DNA of 62,776 nt, the filler included, from Basidiobolus meristosporus CBS 931.73 (taxonomy: Eukaryota > Fungi > Basidiobolomycota), in the NCBI GenBank assembly GCA_002104905.1. It is 4 parts of 4 records of this genome, joined end to end, with 100 filler letters (N's around TTAATTAATTAA, not from the genome) between each part and the next. Parts side by side here need not be neighbours in the genome. Positions count along the whole stretch, not along the records: positions 32,289 to 51,048 come from MCFE01001048.1; positions 51,149 to 62,776 come from MCFE01001270.1; 2 more parts are not named here. One strand, given 5' to 3'. Positions 47,163-59,935 of the stretch are shown one piece after another (the stretch's first letter is position 1; each line of letters begins with the position of its first letter). A program made the position numbers and the translations under genes. Under the pieces are notes generated by a model. It worked only from the letters and a program-made list of their open reading frames with translations. It had not been told where the DNA came from and searched no databases.

Positions 47163-50100
47163 TGTTGTAAGAGTCTTGGAGATATTGGAAGTGATTTGGA
47201 GAACAAGTAGATTATGTGGTTTTCACTTAATGATTTATTGAATGTAAAAGTAGTATTTATACTTTTACATGGTCTTGGCATTACAAACACGTAGAATAGG
47301 TTAAGGAAGGTCCCAAGAACATGTGTGCAAAGTTTGGGGCTGTTTGGACATCTTTGAGAATTTTCATGTTCTGGGTACCTGGTATTTTGGTGAAAATATT
47401 CTAAGTAAATCCCAACAAGGAATTTGGTCAGTATTCTCTAGGATTTGAAGGTGATGATCTAAGTGACTAAGTTAGGTGAATGTTTAGGTGGAAAATACGA
47501 ATTTTTTACAACACTCCCACTCAGCTAAATGTTCATACTGACTAATCCTAATTTTGACCTAAAATATTCAAACTTGTCTCTAGCTAATGGTTTGGTAAAT
47601 ATGTCTGCAATCATTTCATCTGTAGGACAGTAAACTAAGCTAACTAAGTTATTCTCTATAGCTTCACGTATGAAATGATGTCTAATATCTATGTGCTTGG
47701 TTCTAGCATGAAAAGTTGGATTTCTACCTAATTGTATACATCCTTGATTATCTTGAAATAAAGTAATAGGCGTTTTTTGACATAGGCCTAAATCTGTAAA
47801 GAGCTTTCTTAACCACATTGCTTCTTTTGTAGCTTCACAGGCTGCCATATACTCTGCCTCTGTAGTAGAAAGTGCTACGGTTGGTTGCTTTCTTGAATTC
47901 CATGAAATGGCTCCTTTACAGTAAAGAAAGGTGTATCCTGTGGTGGATCTTCTGTCTTCTAAATTTCGTCCCCAATCAGCATCAGAGTATCCCACAAGAT
48001 CCTGTTCTGAATCCTTATAAGTGTATCTTAAGCAGATATCAGCAGTTCCTTTTAGGTATCTAAAAATCCGCTTAACTGCTGCAATATGATCAGATCCATA
48101 ATTCTGATTATGTTGGCTGACAACTCCCACTGAATATGAGATATCTGGACGTGTTCCAAGCATGATATACATCAGACTGCCGACCATAGATTGATAAGGA
48201 AAGTCAGGGCTTTCAGATGGCACCAAGCTCTCTTGATTTGGTTGAGTTTTGACCAAGTTAAGGTTTGTCTCCATTGGGGTAGCTGCCGGTTTACAGTCTT
48301 CCATTTGGTACTTCTTTAGTATATCTTGAATATACTTGGATTGGCTTAGGGTAATAGTCTGGGTACTTCTGTCTATGGAGAACTTAATCCCTAAGTAGTA
48401 ACTAAGTTCTCCTAGATTGGACATCTTGAACTCCTTAGATAGGCTGGATTTAGTCTCTTCCAATGTTTCTAGGTTATTGGCGGCTATAATAAGATCATCC
48501 ACATATAGAGCTAATAGAACTGGATTTGCTCTATCTGGCTTATAGTATATACTATAGTCAGCATTACTCCTTTTGAAACTCAAAGATTCCAAATAAGAAT
48601 CTATCTTGCAACTCCAGGCTCTCGGTGATTGTTTGAGACCATATAGTGACTTTTTAAGCTTGCAGACCAAATGGGGGTTATCTTGGTCAACAAACCCATC
48701 AGGCTGGTCCATATACACGTCTTCATCAAGTTCTCCATTCAAAAATGCAGTTTTTACATCCATTTGATGAATAAAAAACTTATATTTGGCTGCAATAGCC
48801 AATATTAATCTGATGGAATTAAACTTGGCTACCGGTGCAAAGGTCTCAGTATAGTCAAGTCCTTTTGTTTGAGAGTATCCTTTGGCTACAAGTCTTGCTT
48901 TGTATCTTTCAATTGTACCATCAGCCTTGTATTTTGTCTTGAAGACCCATCTGCATCCAATTGATTTTTCGGTTGATTGGTAATTTGACTAAGTCCCAAG
49001 TTTGATTTTCCATCAGTGCCTGATATTCCTCAGTCATTGCAGATCTCCAAAACTTTGTCTGAGGGCTATTTAGGGCCTCTTTTACAGTCTGGGGTTCATC
49101 AATATGGACTGAATAGGCATAGGCTAAGTTTGTACCCTCATTGATATAGTAATTTGGGCTATTTCTTGTCCGATTGGATCTCCGGGCATTTGATACTGGA
49201 ATGATCACTTCTGGGATATTCCTGGGCACTGATTCTGGCTGAACCACGGTTGTAGAGTCCTCTGGAGTGAAAAAATTTTCATTGTTTTGCTCTGATTCAA
49301 TCCTGACAATTGGTGGACTTGAGATCAAATTTTCGTCATCATCTGATGTCATTTTTTGTGAAAATTTTGAATTTTCATCAAACAACACATCCCTGGACTT
49401 GATCAGCTTCTTTGCTTTGGTATTGTAGAGTCTGTATGCCTTACTCTCATTGCAGTAGCCCAAAAATATGCATTTTACACTTTTTGGCTCAAATTTTGAC
49501 TGATTTCCGGCCAGTTTTTTGGCATATGCTGTGCACCCAAATATTCTTAGATGTTCTGCACTTGGTCTGTATCCATACCATGCTTCAAATGGAGTAGAAT
49601 CACGAAGTATTCTGTTATAACTCCTATTTTTAAGGTATACAGCAGTGGCAACTGATTCCGCCCAAAAATCATAGGATAATTTTTGATCATGGATCATAGA
49701 TCTTGCCATATCAATTATTGATCTGTTAGCTCGTTCTGCTACTCCATTTTGCTGTGGGGAGTATGGTACAGTAGTCTCTTGCTTTATCCCATGAATTTTG
49801 CAGAAGTGGATGAAGAGTTTTGAGGTATATTCTCCACCATTGTCAGAGCGTATTTTCTTGATTTTTTCACCAGTTTCTCTCTCCACCATGGCTTTAAACT
49901 CCCTGAGCTTAGACAGAGCTTCTTCCTTTCTCTCCATGAAGTAGACCCATGTGTATCTTGTATAATCATCAATAAAAGTGATTAAATACTTCATCCCGCC
50001 TAAGGATAAATTTTGCATAGGTCCACACAGATCTGAGTGAATTAGATCTAATTTTTTCTTAGTTTTGATTAACCCAGAGCTCTTGAACGGTTGTCTGGCT

Positions 50101-51048
50101 TGTTTCCCATATATGCAGGCTTCACAGTGCTCCAAATTAGCTGGGGGATCAATTTTCACTCCAGAAATTAGCTGATCTTTGATCATTTTGCGCAAATAAT
50201 CAAAATTGATGTGTCCAAATCTCCTGTGCCAAAGCATTGGTGTTTCTTCATTTAAGTTACTTATATTGGCTTCCAGATATGATGGAATATAAGTCAACTT
50301 GTATAGGTTCTGATCTCTGATGCCCGAAGCAATATGAGCACCATTTTGATCAGTGATCCTGCATCCAGAATTGTCAAAACTGAAACTGAGTCCTTCTGCT
50401 GTGGCCTTGCTTACAGAGAGTAGGTTCTTGGCTATTTCTGGTACATAGAGTACTTCTTTAAAGGTCAGTGTATGGCTTCCTTCACTGCTTCTAAGGTTTA
50501 CTTGGATAGTTCCTTCTCCCACTGCATCAAGTGTTCTATCGTCACCCATGAAAACCTTCTTAATTGGAATTTCTTGATATTGGGTAAAAAGTTCTTTTTG
50601 GTGTGTAAAGTGTTGAGAAGCTCCAGAGTCAATATACCACGTCTGAGAATCCTTGTTTGTGGTCATATTTAGTGCAGATATGAATAGTCTATCTTCAGTT
50701 GTTGCAGCATTTCCATATTCAGGCTTCTTTTGCTGATAATCTCTCTTTTTGAAACACCGGTCTGATGTGTGTCCTTTCCTTTTGCAGTAGTTGCAAAATA
50801 GGTTGCTGTTGCCTTTGTAGGGTCTTGGGTACCTCCTTTGTTGGTTATCATTGCTTATTAAAGCATTTTCTTCTTCCTTCTTATTGGCGCTTGATTTTCT
50901 TAATTCTTCATCCAGGAGCCTTCCATATACGTAATTTAAGGTCAAATCTTCAGTTCTGGACTCTAGGGCTGATACAAGGCCCTGAAACTCGTCTGTCAGG
51001 CTATTCAGGATGGTAACTATCACATCCTCATCAGTAGTTGGTACGCCC
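47163..51048 (-). mobile_element. Young copia copy (3' LTR 47163-47513), 5' end lost in the gap
   Basis: Near-identical to the 39960 element. ORFs 48921-51023 and 47525-48802 are separated by a 1-bp insertion near 48970; left flank CAAAT. Confidence 0.94.
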
Positions 51049-51148
51049 NNNNNNNNNNNNNNNNNNNNNNNNNNNNNNNNNNNNNNNNNNNNTTAATTAA
51101 TTAANNNNNNNNNNNNNNNNNNNNNNNNNNNNNNNNNNNNNNNNNNNN
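51049..51148. other. Artificial scaffold gap spacer
   Basis: N44-TTAATTAATTAA-N44; joins two oppositely oriented copia fragments. Confidence 0.97.
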
Positions 51149-53122
51149 AGCCCAAATTACTATATCAATGAGGGTACAAACTTAGCCTATGCCTATTCAG
51201 TCCATATTGATGAACCCCAGACTGTAAAAGAGGCCCTAAATAGCCCTCAGACAAAGTTTTGGAGATCTGCAATGACTGAGGAATATCAGGCCCTGATGGA
51301 AAATCAAACTTGGGACTTAGTGAAATTACCAATCAACCAAAAATCAATTGGATGCAGATGGGTCTTCAAGACAAAGTACAAGGCTGATGGTACAATTGAA
51401 AGATACAAAGCAAGACTTGTAGCCAAAGGATACTCTCAAACAAAAGGACTTGACTATACTGAGACCTTTGCACCAGTGGCCAAGTTTAATTCCATCAGAT
51501 TAATATTGGCTATTGCAGCCAAATATAAGTTTTTTATTCATCAAATGGATGTAAAAACTGCATTTTTGAATGGAGAACTTGATGAGGATGTGTATATGGA
51601 CCAGCCTGATGGGTTTGTTGACCAAGATAACCCCCATTTGGTCTGCAAGCTTAAAAAGTCACTATATGGTCTCAAACAATCACCAAGAGCCTGGAATTGC
51701 AAGATAGATTCTTATTTGGAATCTTTGAGTTTCAAAAGAAGTAATGCTGACTATAGTATATACTATAAGCCAGATAGAGCAAATCCAGTTCTATTAGCTC
51801 TATATGTGGATGATCTTATTATAGCCACCAATAACCTAGAAACATTGGAAGAGACTAAATCCAGCCTATCTAAGGAGTTCAAGATGTCCAATCTAGGAGA
51901 ACTTAGTTACTACTTAGGGATTAAGTTCTCCATAGACAGAAGTACCCAGACTACTACCCTAAGCCAGCCCAAGTATATTCAAGATATACTAAAGAAGTAC
52001 CAAAGGGAAGACTGTAAACTGGCAGCTACCCCAATGGAGACAAACCTTAACTTGGTCAAAACTCAACCAAATCAAGAGAGCTTGGTGCCATCTGAAAGCC
52101 CTGACTTTCCTTATCAATCTATGGTCGGCAGTCTGATGTATATCATGCTTGGAACACGTCCAGATATCTCATATTCAGTGGGAGTTGTCAGCCAACATAA
52201 TCAGAACTATGGATCTGATCATATTGCAGTAGTTAAGCGGATTTTTAGATACCTAAAAGGAACTGCTGATATCTGCTCAAGATACACTTATAAGGATTCA
52301 GAACAGGATCTTGTGGGATACTCTGATGCTGATTGGGGACAAAATTTGGATGACAGAAGATCCACCACAGGATACATCTTTCTTTACCGTAAAGGAGCAA
52401 TTTCATGGAATTCAAGAAAGCAACCAACTGTAGCACTTTCCACCACAGAGGCAGAGTATATGGCAGCCTGTGAAGCTACAAAAGAAGCAATGTGGTTAAG
52501 AAAGCTGTTCACAGATTTAGGCCTATGTCAAAAACGCCTATTACCTTATTTTAAGATAATCAAGGATGTATACAATTAGGTAGAAATCCAACTTTTCATG
52601 TTAGAACCAAGTACATAGATATTAGACATCATTTCATACGCAAAGCTATAGAGAATAACTTAGTTAGCTTAGTGTACTGTCCTACAGATGAAATGATTGC
52701 AGACATATTTACCAAACCATTAGCTAGAGACAAGTTTGAATATCTTAGGTCAAAATTAGGACTAGTCAGTATGAACATTTAGCTGAGTGGGAGTGTTGTA
52801 AAAATTTGTATTTCCATCTAAATATTCACCTGACTTAGTCACTTAGATCATCACCTTCAAATCCTAGAGAATACTGACCAAATTCCTTGTTGGGATTTAC
52901 TTAGAATATTTTCACCAAACTACTAGGTACCCAGAATATGAAAATTCTCAGAGTTGTCCAAATAGCCCCAAACTTTACATGGATGTTCTTGGGACCTTCC
53001 TTAGCCCATTCTAGGTCCTTGTTATGCCAAGACCAGGTAAAAGTATAAATTCTACTTCTACTTTGAATAAATCATTAAGTGAAAACCACATTGTCTACTT
53101 GTTCTCCCAATCACTTCCAACA
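51149..53122 (+). mobile_element. Partial copia (RT-RNase H, PPT, 3' LTR 52794-53122 with a 20-bp internal deletion)
   Basis: RT ORF at 51272-52579; the LTR ends in CAACA and is followed by GATCC, which belongs to the gag of the adjacent antisense element. Confidence 0.9.
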
Positions 53123-53557
53123 GATCCATCCAAATTTTTGGATGAGAGAAAACTTTCAGTAATAGCAGTGGTAGACATTGCAGAGAGTGACAGCTTGGGG
53201 CTCATAACCTGTTGTAAAAGTCTTGGAGATATTGGAAGTGACTTGGAGAACAAGAAGATTTTGTGGTTCTTACTTAATGATTTATTGAGTGTACAAGTAG
53301 TGTTTATACTTTCACATAGTCTTGGCATAACAAGCACATAGAATATGCTTAGCAAGGACCTAAGAGCATGTGTGCAAAGTTTGAGGCTGGTTGGACAACT
53401 TACTGAATTTTCATATTCTGGATACCTGATGTTTTGGTGAAAATATTCTAAGTAAATCCCAATAAGCAATTTGGTCAGTATTCTCTAAGATTTGTAGGTA
53501 ATGATCTAAGTGACTATGTAGGTGAATATTCAGGTAGAATTACAAATTTTTACAACA
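53123..53557 (-). mobile_element. 5' end of an old copia (gag start, PBS, 5' LTR 53210-53557)
   Basis: MSPKLSLSAMSTTAIT gag start, GGTTATGAGCCC PBS, diverged LTR. Confidence 0.88.
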
Positions 53558-54748
53558 GAATCCTGCAATAGTATTATGCCAATTAGTATTGATGGTCCAC
53601 ATTCTTATCACTCCCTCTTTCACTTTTTCTTTTGAGTAGTGGCTTAGGTACCTTTCACTTGCTCTTTCTTATCTACATACTAACCCCACACAAATCCATG
53701 CTATTGTAAAAAGCAGCAAAAGTAGCACAGGCTTCTGTGATTTACCTAAAATAAAGATTCCACACGTTGGCAACCGTTTCCCCTAACCCTTGGTGCTTTG
53801 ATAAACCTTTACCAATACAAGTCAGACAATTAACCAAAAGTATCATAGTTATTGATTGTTCTTAAAATTAGCATGAAGCACGCTTTCAGTTCACCAAGTT
53901 ACTTCTAGTATTCACAATTACGCTACAACAACGCTGGTGGGTTAGGAAAGGCTGATTGAGTAAAAGCGGTTGTCAGAGTTCATAGCCATATTGCTGGTTC
54001 CAGGCTACTCATATCAAACAAGATCAAGATTGCGGCCGGTATCTTCTTCACCTATTAGAGATACTTGTAGGTCAACCAACACAAGTCACCAAGTAATAAA
54101 TAATGGACGAATGCTATTTGAAGTCATTAAGGATATTTCATGTCTCATCCAACGTAACCACAGAGATCAATAACTTATGCTTTGGCTCTAGTACGGTTAG
54201 ATTCATGGCCCATATGCAAAGTATATCTCTAAAATGCCTAGAAAGCAGCCAACAAGCACATGCTTTCAAGCTCAAAGCAAGGCTGAATCCACTTTTGTCC
54301 AAATGGCAAATGATGGCCGCGAATTATGAACAACCAAGCGCTTCTCGATTACCAGTCACCTGAGCGAGATTAGGGGTGGGTACATTATTAATCGCTCTCG
54401 GTCTGCTCCAATCACCGACCTCAGCTCGACCGAATGACCTCCCCCTTATCCGGGCCAAAGGAGCCATCAATCGAGAAGGTTGAAGGCATTTCGCACGTTC
54501 CTGAAACAATGGGCTACATGATCCTCGGGTGTCATTGGTCCGCGAACCAACACCACTCTCCTCTCCCCTCTCCCCTCCTCGGAACAATGAGTGGGTTGAT
54601 ACCTGTTTCCGCAACCCCGCAATCACTAACGTCATCGGCTAAGCACCCAACACTATCCAACCTCCACCTGTGGCCGCCATATAAATACCCCGGCCACCCT
54701 TCCGGGCACGATATATCTTCTACATTGTACATTTTCCCCAACCATCCC

Positions 54749-54833
54749 ATCCTCCTGTTACTGCTTGTTTGATTCCTATCCTCCTGTTACTGCTTGTTTG
54801 ATTCCTATCCTCCTGTTACTGCTTATTTGATTC
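54749..54833 (+). repeat. 29-bp minisatellite (about 3 copies) upstream of the APSES gene
   Basis: ATCCTCCTGTTACTGCTTGTTTGATTCCT x2.9, between TATAAAT (~54680) and the ATG. Confidence 0.9.
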
Positions 54834-54861
54834 ATTGGTTTCCGATTAATATCCTGTGATC

Positions 54862-55743
54862 ATGTCTGAGGTAGCTCACACCCCTTTCAACTGCGCTAAG
54901 CACCAGGTTCACTGCGCCAAGTATTCCACTTCCCTGGACCCGAGGGGCTACATACCGGTATATGAATATGTTGCGTTCAACCAGCCAATACTGTGGGATC
55001 GTGAGACTGGGTACGTCTACTGGACTGGCATCTGGAAGTCCATGGGGAGAGAGAAAAGCGAGATTACCAAACTTCTCGAGACAAACACGAAGCTGTCGAC
55101 CGAAGTGAAAAAGATCCGCGGCGGCTTCCTGAAGATTCAGGGCACTTGGCTGCCATTTGAAAGCGCCTTTGACCTAGCCACGAAAACCTGCTGGTACATC
55201 CGAGAGGATCTGGAGCCAATCTTCGGCCCCAGCTTTCTACAACAAGTGCTCGACCCCACCCATCCAGGCTCATTATCACGAGTTCCCGTCCCACTAGAGG
55301 AGCGCCAAAACAAGCTCCTAGAAGCCCGTCGACGAATCAAAAACTCCAAAGGCGGCATGGTTAGCCCTCCCACCTCTCCCACTCTCTCGGGTCAGACCCC
55401 TGCGAAGAACACAAAACGGAAGCGGGATCTTAACCCCTCTGCACACAAACTGAGCCACCTCATCAAACCAAACTTCCCCGCTTGGGCGGAGAAAGAGCCA
55501 TTGTATTCATCCACCCACCACAGCAAACGGCTGAAGACCGAAGATTTCAACCATGACTTTGTTGAAAGCCCACAACAACTGAGCGAAGCGATTTACGCCA
55601 GTCTGTGTCTCCAACAACTCTCGGTGGATGATGGATCTCGACCCACCGATAAAGTCATCTACAAGCCACCTGTTTCATTCATCATCGGTAAGCAAGAATT
55701 TCAGTACGTCAACCAGCAGTATCGATTGGCGGTGAGGTGCTAA
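54862..55743 (+). CDS. APSES/KilA-N transcription factor, Xbp1-like subfamily (293 aa)
   Basis: YSTSLDPRGYIPVYEY...WDRETGYVYWTGIWK...KIRGGFLKIQGTWLPFE...PIFGP; basic NLS-like KNTKRKR. Confidence 0.9.
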   Translation: MSEVAHTPFNCAKHQVHCAKYSTSLDPRGYIPVYEYVAFNQPILWDRETGYVYWTGIWKSMGREKSEITKLLETNTKLSTEVKKIRGGFLKIQGTWLPFESAFDLATKTCWYIREDLEPIFGPSFLQQVLDPTHPGSLSRVPVPLEERQNKLLEARRRIKNSKGGMVSPPTSPTLSGQTPAKNTKRKRDLNPSAHKLSHLIKPNFPAWAEKEPLYSSTHHSKRLKTEDFNHDFVESPQQLSEAIYASLCLQQLSVDDGSRPTDKVIYKPPVSFIIGKQEFQYVNQQYRLAVRC

Positions 55744-56023
55744 GCCCATTGAGTGTAAATTCCATATTCTTGTACATACAAACTAGCCTTCTCTTCGTGT
55801 AATAAAGATACCTTGGTCCTTAATTGTACGCGAGTTGCATATCGTTTGGCTGTTGGGTGCTAAGCCTATTGGTTGCAGATTCTATATACTTGTACATACA
55901 GACCAGCTTCCTCTTCGTATATTCTTGTACATACCATGATTCTTATTATTACGTGTGTTGTATATATACAGGTTGAATTAAGACTATTAATTGATTGGTG
56001 TTTGGTGCTGGCTCCAGCCCAAC

Positions 56024-58790
56024 CTACAATTGGACCTCATGTTTCTCATCTGTTGTAGCATAAATTGATGAGTCATTCTTGACCCCGACGATAGTTCGTG
56101 GTAACCACAGCTTCGGCAACACGCCAACCATTGCGGGGTGGCTATAGGTACGCTCACTGGCATCGAGGATTCCCGGGCATCGACTCATCGGGCTTTCTCG
56201 GTAGTCAGTTTTGCTGGTAGGTGCTGCTTCGTATTGGTCGTCGAGTAGATCAAGATCGGTGGTTGGGATGGGTTCTGGATTGGTGCACTCGTCTGGCGAC
56301 TTCGGGACTATCAACTCGCTGAGCTCTAATGGGAGAAACCGGCTACGCTCTTCCAGGGCGCGAAAAATCCTGCGATAAGCCACCACAGTGATAACAAACA
56401 GTGGGGCGATCAACAAACCAGACACATATGCGTTGTTCAAAATGAGCACGCCCAGCATGGTCAACTGAAAGATGAAGACCCCAAAGACCAATCTCCTGGC
56501 AACAACCGGCCAGAATATGCCGCCTGTCTCGAACCGGCGGAAGTAAACTAAAGGTGGAAGAGGACTGTCAATTCTTGCTCCCCGGGAGCTCATACTCGCA
56601 AGCCACTAACCATAGAGAAAGTTGTATTTCTGGAATAGATACGCAATGGAGAAGTACGCCGCTCCAAACACAAGGATCAACGGTGCCATCACCGAGTAAG
56701 TGAGCACAATCACAAACACCAGCATGGGGATGGGATACGCCCAACCATAATCAATGTTGACTGGCGTGAGCAGCTCGGCGTAATCCCTGGGAGAAGAGCA
56801 ATACAGCCTTCGAATGCTAAGCAAGATCATTGGGCCCAGTTGCACCAGCTTCAGCGGAAGGTAGCCGAGCCCCAGGATGGTCACATAATTGATGAAGAAT
56901 GGGGCAAACTAGACTCGGGTTAGGAGCATAGATCTCGCATGCTGACAGAAGGAAACTCGTACCAATGGTAGCTGCCGACCAAGGATGGTGGTGATGTCAG
57001 TGGGCTTCTCGACGATCGCGTAGAAGGAGGAGAAAAAGGTGCTGGCCACGGTGAAGATCAAGAGGACGTTGATCAGTTGGAACAGAAAATACTTTTTCAA
57101 AACCGCCAGCTCAACCAGACTGCGCGAGGGCTTTCTCTGGAATCTGATCAGGGCTGCCGATATAGAAGAGAGTTAGTCAACCAAGACCCAGGCCATGACC
57201 ATATCACATGCCACTCACGTTCCAGAATGATTGGTACAATCGCCATGAACACCAGTACGAACAACGACGGCAGAAGCTTGAATATCATTCCTCGGGTGAT
57301 TGCATTGCGGTCAATCCATTCCTGGATGTACGGGAAAACCTTTTGTAGCCCATCGACGCCAAGCCAGCTGGCCAATGTGGCCACTGGATAAGTCCAGAAA
57401 CACAGCAGTATGAAGATCACCAATTCCGTGGCCGCTTTGCGGACCAGCACTTCACGGCGAGTACGGTACAGGTTGTCCCATAGTATGTCTCGAGGGTCAG
57501 GCGCAATCTGAGTGACACAGGTATAGGCTTGAGTGTGCGTCAATGTCTGCGCAATCACGCTCTTGAGGACAGGGTTAGTAAAGCTTGGTGTCGTATCAGT
57601 CGTATCCTGGCACTTACTGCGCTCTTTTGGTCAGCAAAAGTGACAAACCCCACTGTGGTAGGTGGATAGCTCAACGACCTCGCCTTGCTTACCAAGTGAT
57701 CGTAACTTTGTATCAGCTTGTGGTAATGTTCGATTACGTCCACTCTTTGCCCAATTAGCCCCAATATCCCTAATCTTATAGAAGGCCTTTCCCATTCCTT
57801 GGCCCGTTTCCGCAATACACGGTACACGTCTTCTCTAACTTCCGTAGATAGTCTGCGCGTTTCTTGAGGATCCGAGGCAGTTCTTGTAGTTGTGGACAGA
57901 TGTGGACTGCCTCTACCGGCCCTGCATTCAGCTTGTCGAAGAAATCACGAAGCGCCGCATTTGATCTTAGTTTTTCCGGGATCGCCGTGACCATGACCGA
58001 TCTACCACTGACCGATCTCGACACCCCAATCAGATACGTCCATCGTAGGGAGACATATTGCTCGTAGGTTCGATGAAGAAAATATAAGGCCAGCAGCGAA
58101 AACACCCAGGTGAACACAGAGTGGGCCGCAAACACTTTGGAACCCTTGGGAATGGAAAGCTTGGTCAGTGCTTCTGAAAGAGAGAGCTCCCCGTCTTCCG
58201 GGCTGGTGGCGTTGAGATAGTTGATGGGCAACAGAATTATCATTCCAAAGACGCTACAAGAACTGAACAACAAAAAGGCCATCTCAAGGAATTTGAGCAA
58301 CTAAAGCAAGGCAGAGGTTAACCATCAATGCCAACAGTCGGGCTCATGATATGAAGGCAGTTTCTTACCATGACGGCATCCAAACAACCCGTTCAACCAT
58401 ATCATGTTGAGGATAGCGTAGTACGGGTAAGATCCAACCAAAGAAGGAGACGGGCAGTGGCGGTGGAGCATTTCTGGGAGGGAGGATTTAAGGTGTGCGC
58501 CAAGCAACCATGAATTTGTAGGACCTACCTTCGCAATCTCGATCTGGGCGTGTACATGGAGTGCCACGTTCTACGTAGCAGGCAAAAAAGCAAGAAAAGG
58601 GGTACCCAAAGCAGGCGGTAATTAATAGCTGGACCTCAAGGGCCGGCGTGCTGTTAGCTTGAGCTTGGGAATTGCCGTGTGCCTTTGACAGCTCCCGTCC
58701 CAGAGTTGGGAAAAGTTTTTTCAGTGCTTCTGCTATGGAGCAGAGCACTGAATGAGAGTTGCAGGTAGTTTGAGACAGCTTTGCTTTCAA
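56024..58790 (-). CDS. OSCA/TMEM63 (CSC1/RSN1-like) stress-gated cation channel; at least 6 introns, 3 homopolymer frameshifts, start codon not located
   Basis: Motifs LFCLLR..YTPR, GLDA, GFVTF, APDPRDILWDNL, KKYFLFQLINV, YSVMAPLIL, FETGG.FWP. GT-AG introns at 58474-58528, 58301-58368, 57562-57617, 57154-57218, 56909-56962 and 56548-56610. Confidence 0.88.
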
Positions 58791-59213
58791 CCGTCAAGTG
58801 AGGAGTAAGAGGGCAGAGCGAATGTGAACCAGATAATTTGGCAAGTTCCCATACAAATATTGCGCCTTGGGTGGGACAAAACAAGAAATTAATTCACAAC
58901 CTCACCCACTTGTTATCGGAATTATATGTTACTCAAGGAGCATTATGGAGATTGAGATTGCCTGAATACAATACACAACCAAATACACAGTATGTGAAAT
59001 TTACTCTATTTAGGCTGATCTACGATTGACCATCAACATTCTCTGCATACAATCTTCTGTGGAGACAACGGCGATAAACATGAAGTTTCAAGGAACGTTT
59101 CGATGACCATATAAGAAGCTGAACAATGTCAGCATTCCCCGGCAAGAACAATCAACACAAATGGTGTTAATCAATGCAGCTGCGCTTTCTCTCCTGATCT
59201 CACCAGCTCGGCA

Positions 59214-59679
59214 ATGTTCGTGGCGTTTGATTCCCAAGCGATTGACCACCGTTTATTAGCACGCTCCAAGACCATCATAATTCAGGCTACGACACCAGTG
59301 ACTACTCTCCCGACCGGCGCCATGAATATGGATCACGTTATAAACGACGATGTTGATGCAGATTACCACGGAAATGACCATGATTCAAGGTACCACGGCA
59401 AAACTGGGAGAATCTGGTGAGGAATATTCGTACCGGACTCCCCGCAGCTATTCTTTATCTGTAGAATATGACGAATCTCATGATCACAAACCCAACTCAA
59501 TAAAGGAGGTGGCTGAAGATAACCTCCTCAAACCAGCCGATGATGAACCCTTAGACGATGCGACAGTCAGCCCTCCCACTCAAGCCTCGCATCGGCCGAC
59601 TCTGATATCTCGCCTACTCCACCGCCTGCTGCCGAGTCTAATACATCACCGTGCACTAAGGCCGTTGACTTGGATTTGA
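59214..59679 (+). CDS. Hypothetical acidic/disordered protein, probably two ORFs joined by a +1 A-run frameshift near 59402
   Basis: ORFs 59214-59420 and 59350-59679 fuse if AAAA at 59400-59403 is AAA; no family recognised. Confidence 0.35.
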
Positions 59680-59935
59680 AACTCCTGGGGGATTCCGCCG
59701 TAAAGGCGTGTGCCCTGTAACTGCTATGCGAATACTCTGGATATCAAATTATATACGAGAATGTAAAAGAGACCAAATAAATATTTGTATTTAACTATAC
59801 AAGCGATAGCACATCAGCACTTTGGGCAATCCAGATAGACATACATATACATATATACACCAGCAGCGTAGCAGCATAGAAAGACCACGTTTGATAAAAG
59901 TAAACCGGGCTATCATAAGCGCTTTTGACTATGGA

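Noticed and set aside
44684-53557. Pairing LTR 44684-45032 with LTR 53210-53557 as one element
   Set aside because: The flanks CCAAG and GAATC do not form a TSD; the 39839 LTR (GTATC) is the better partner.
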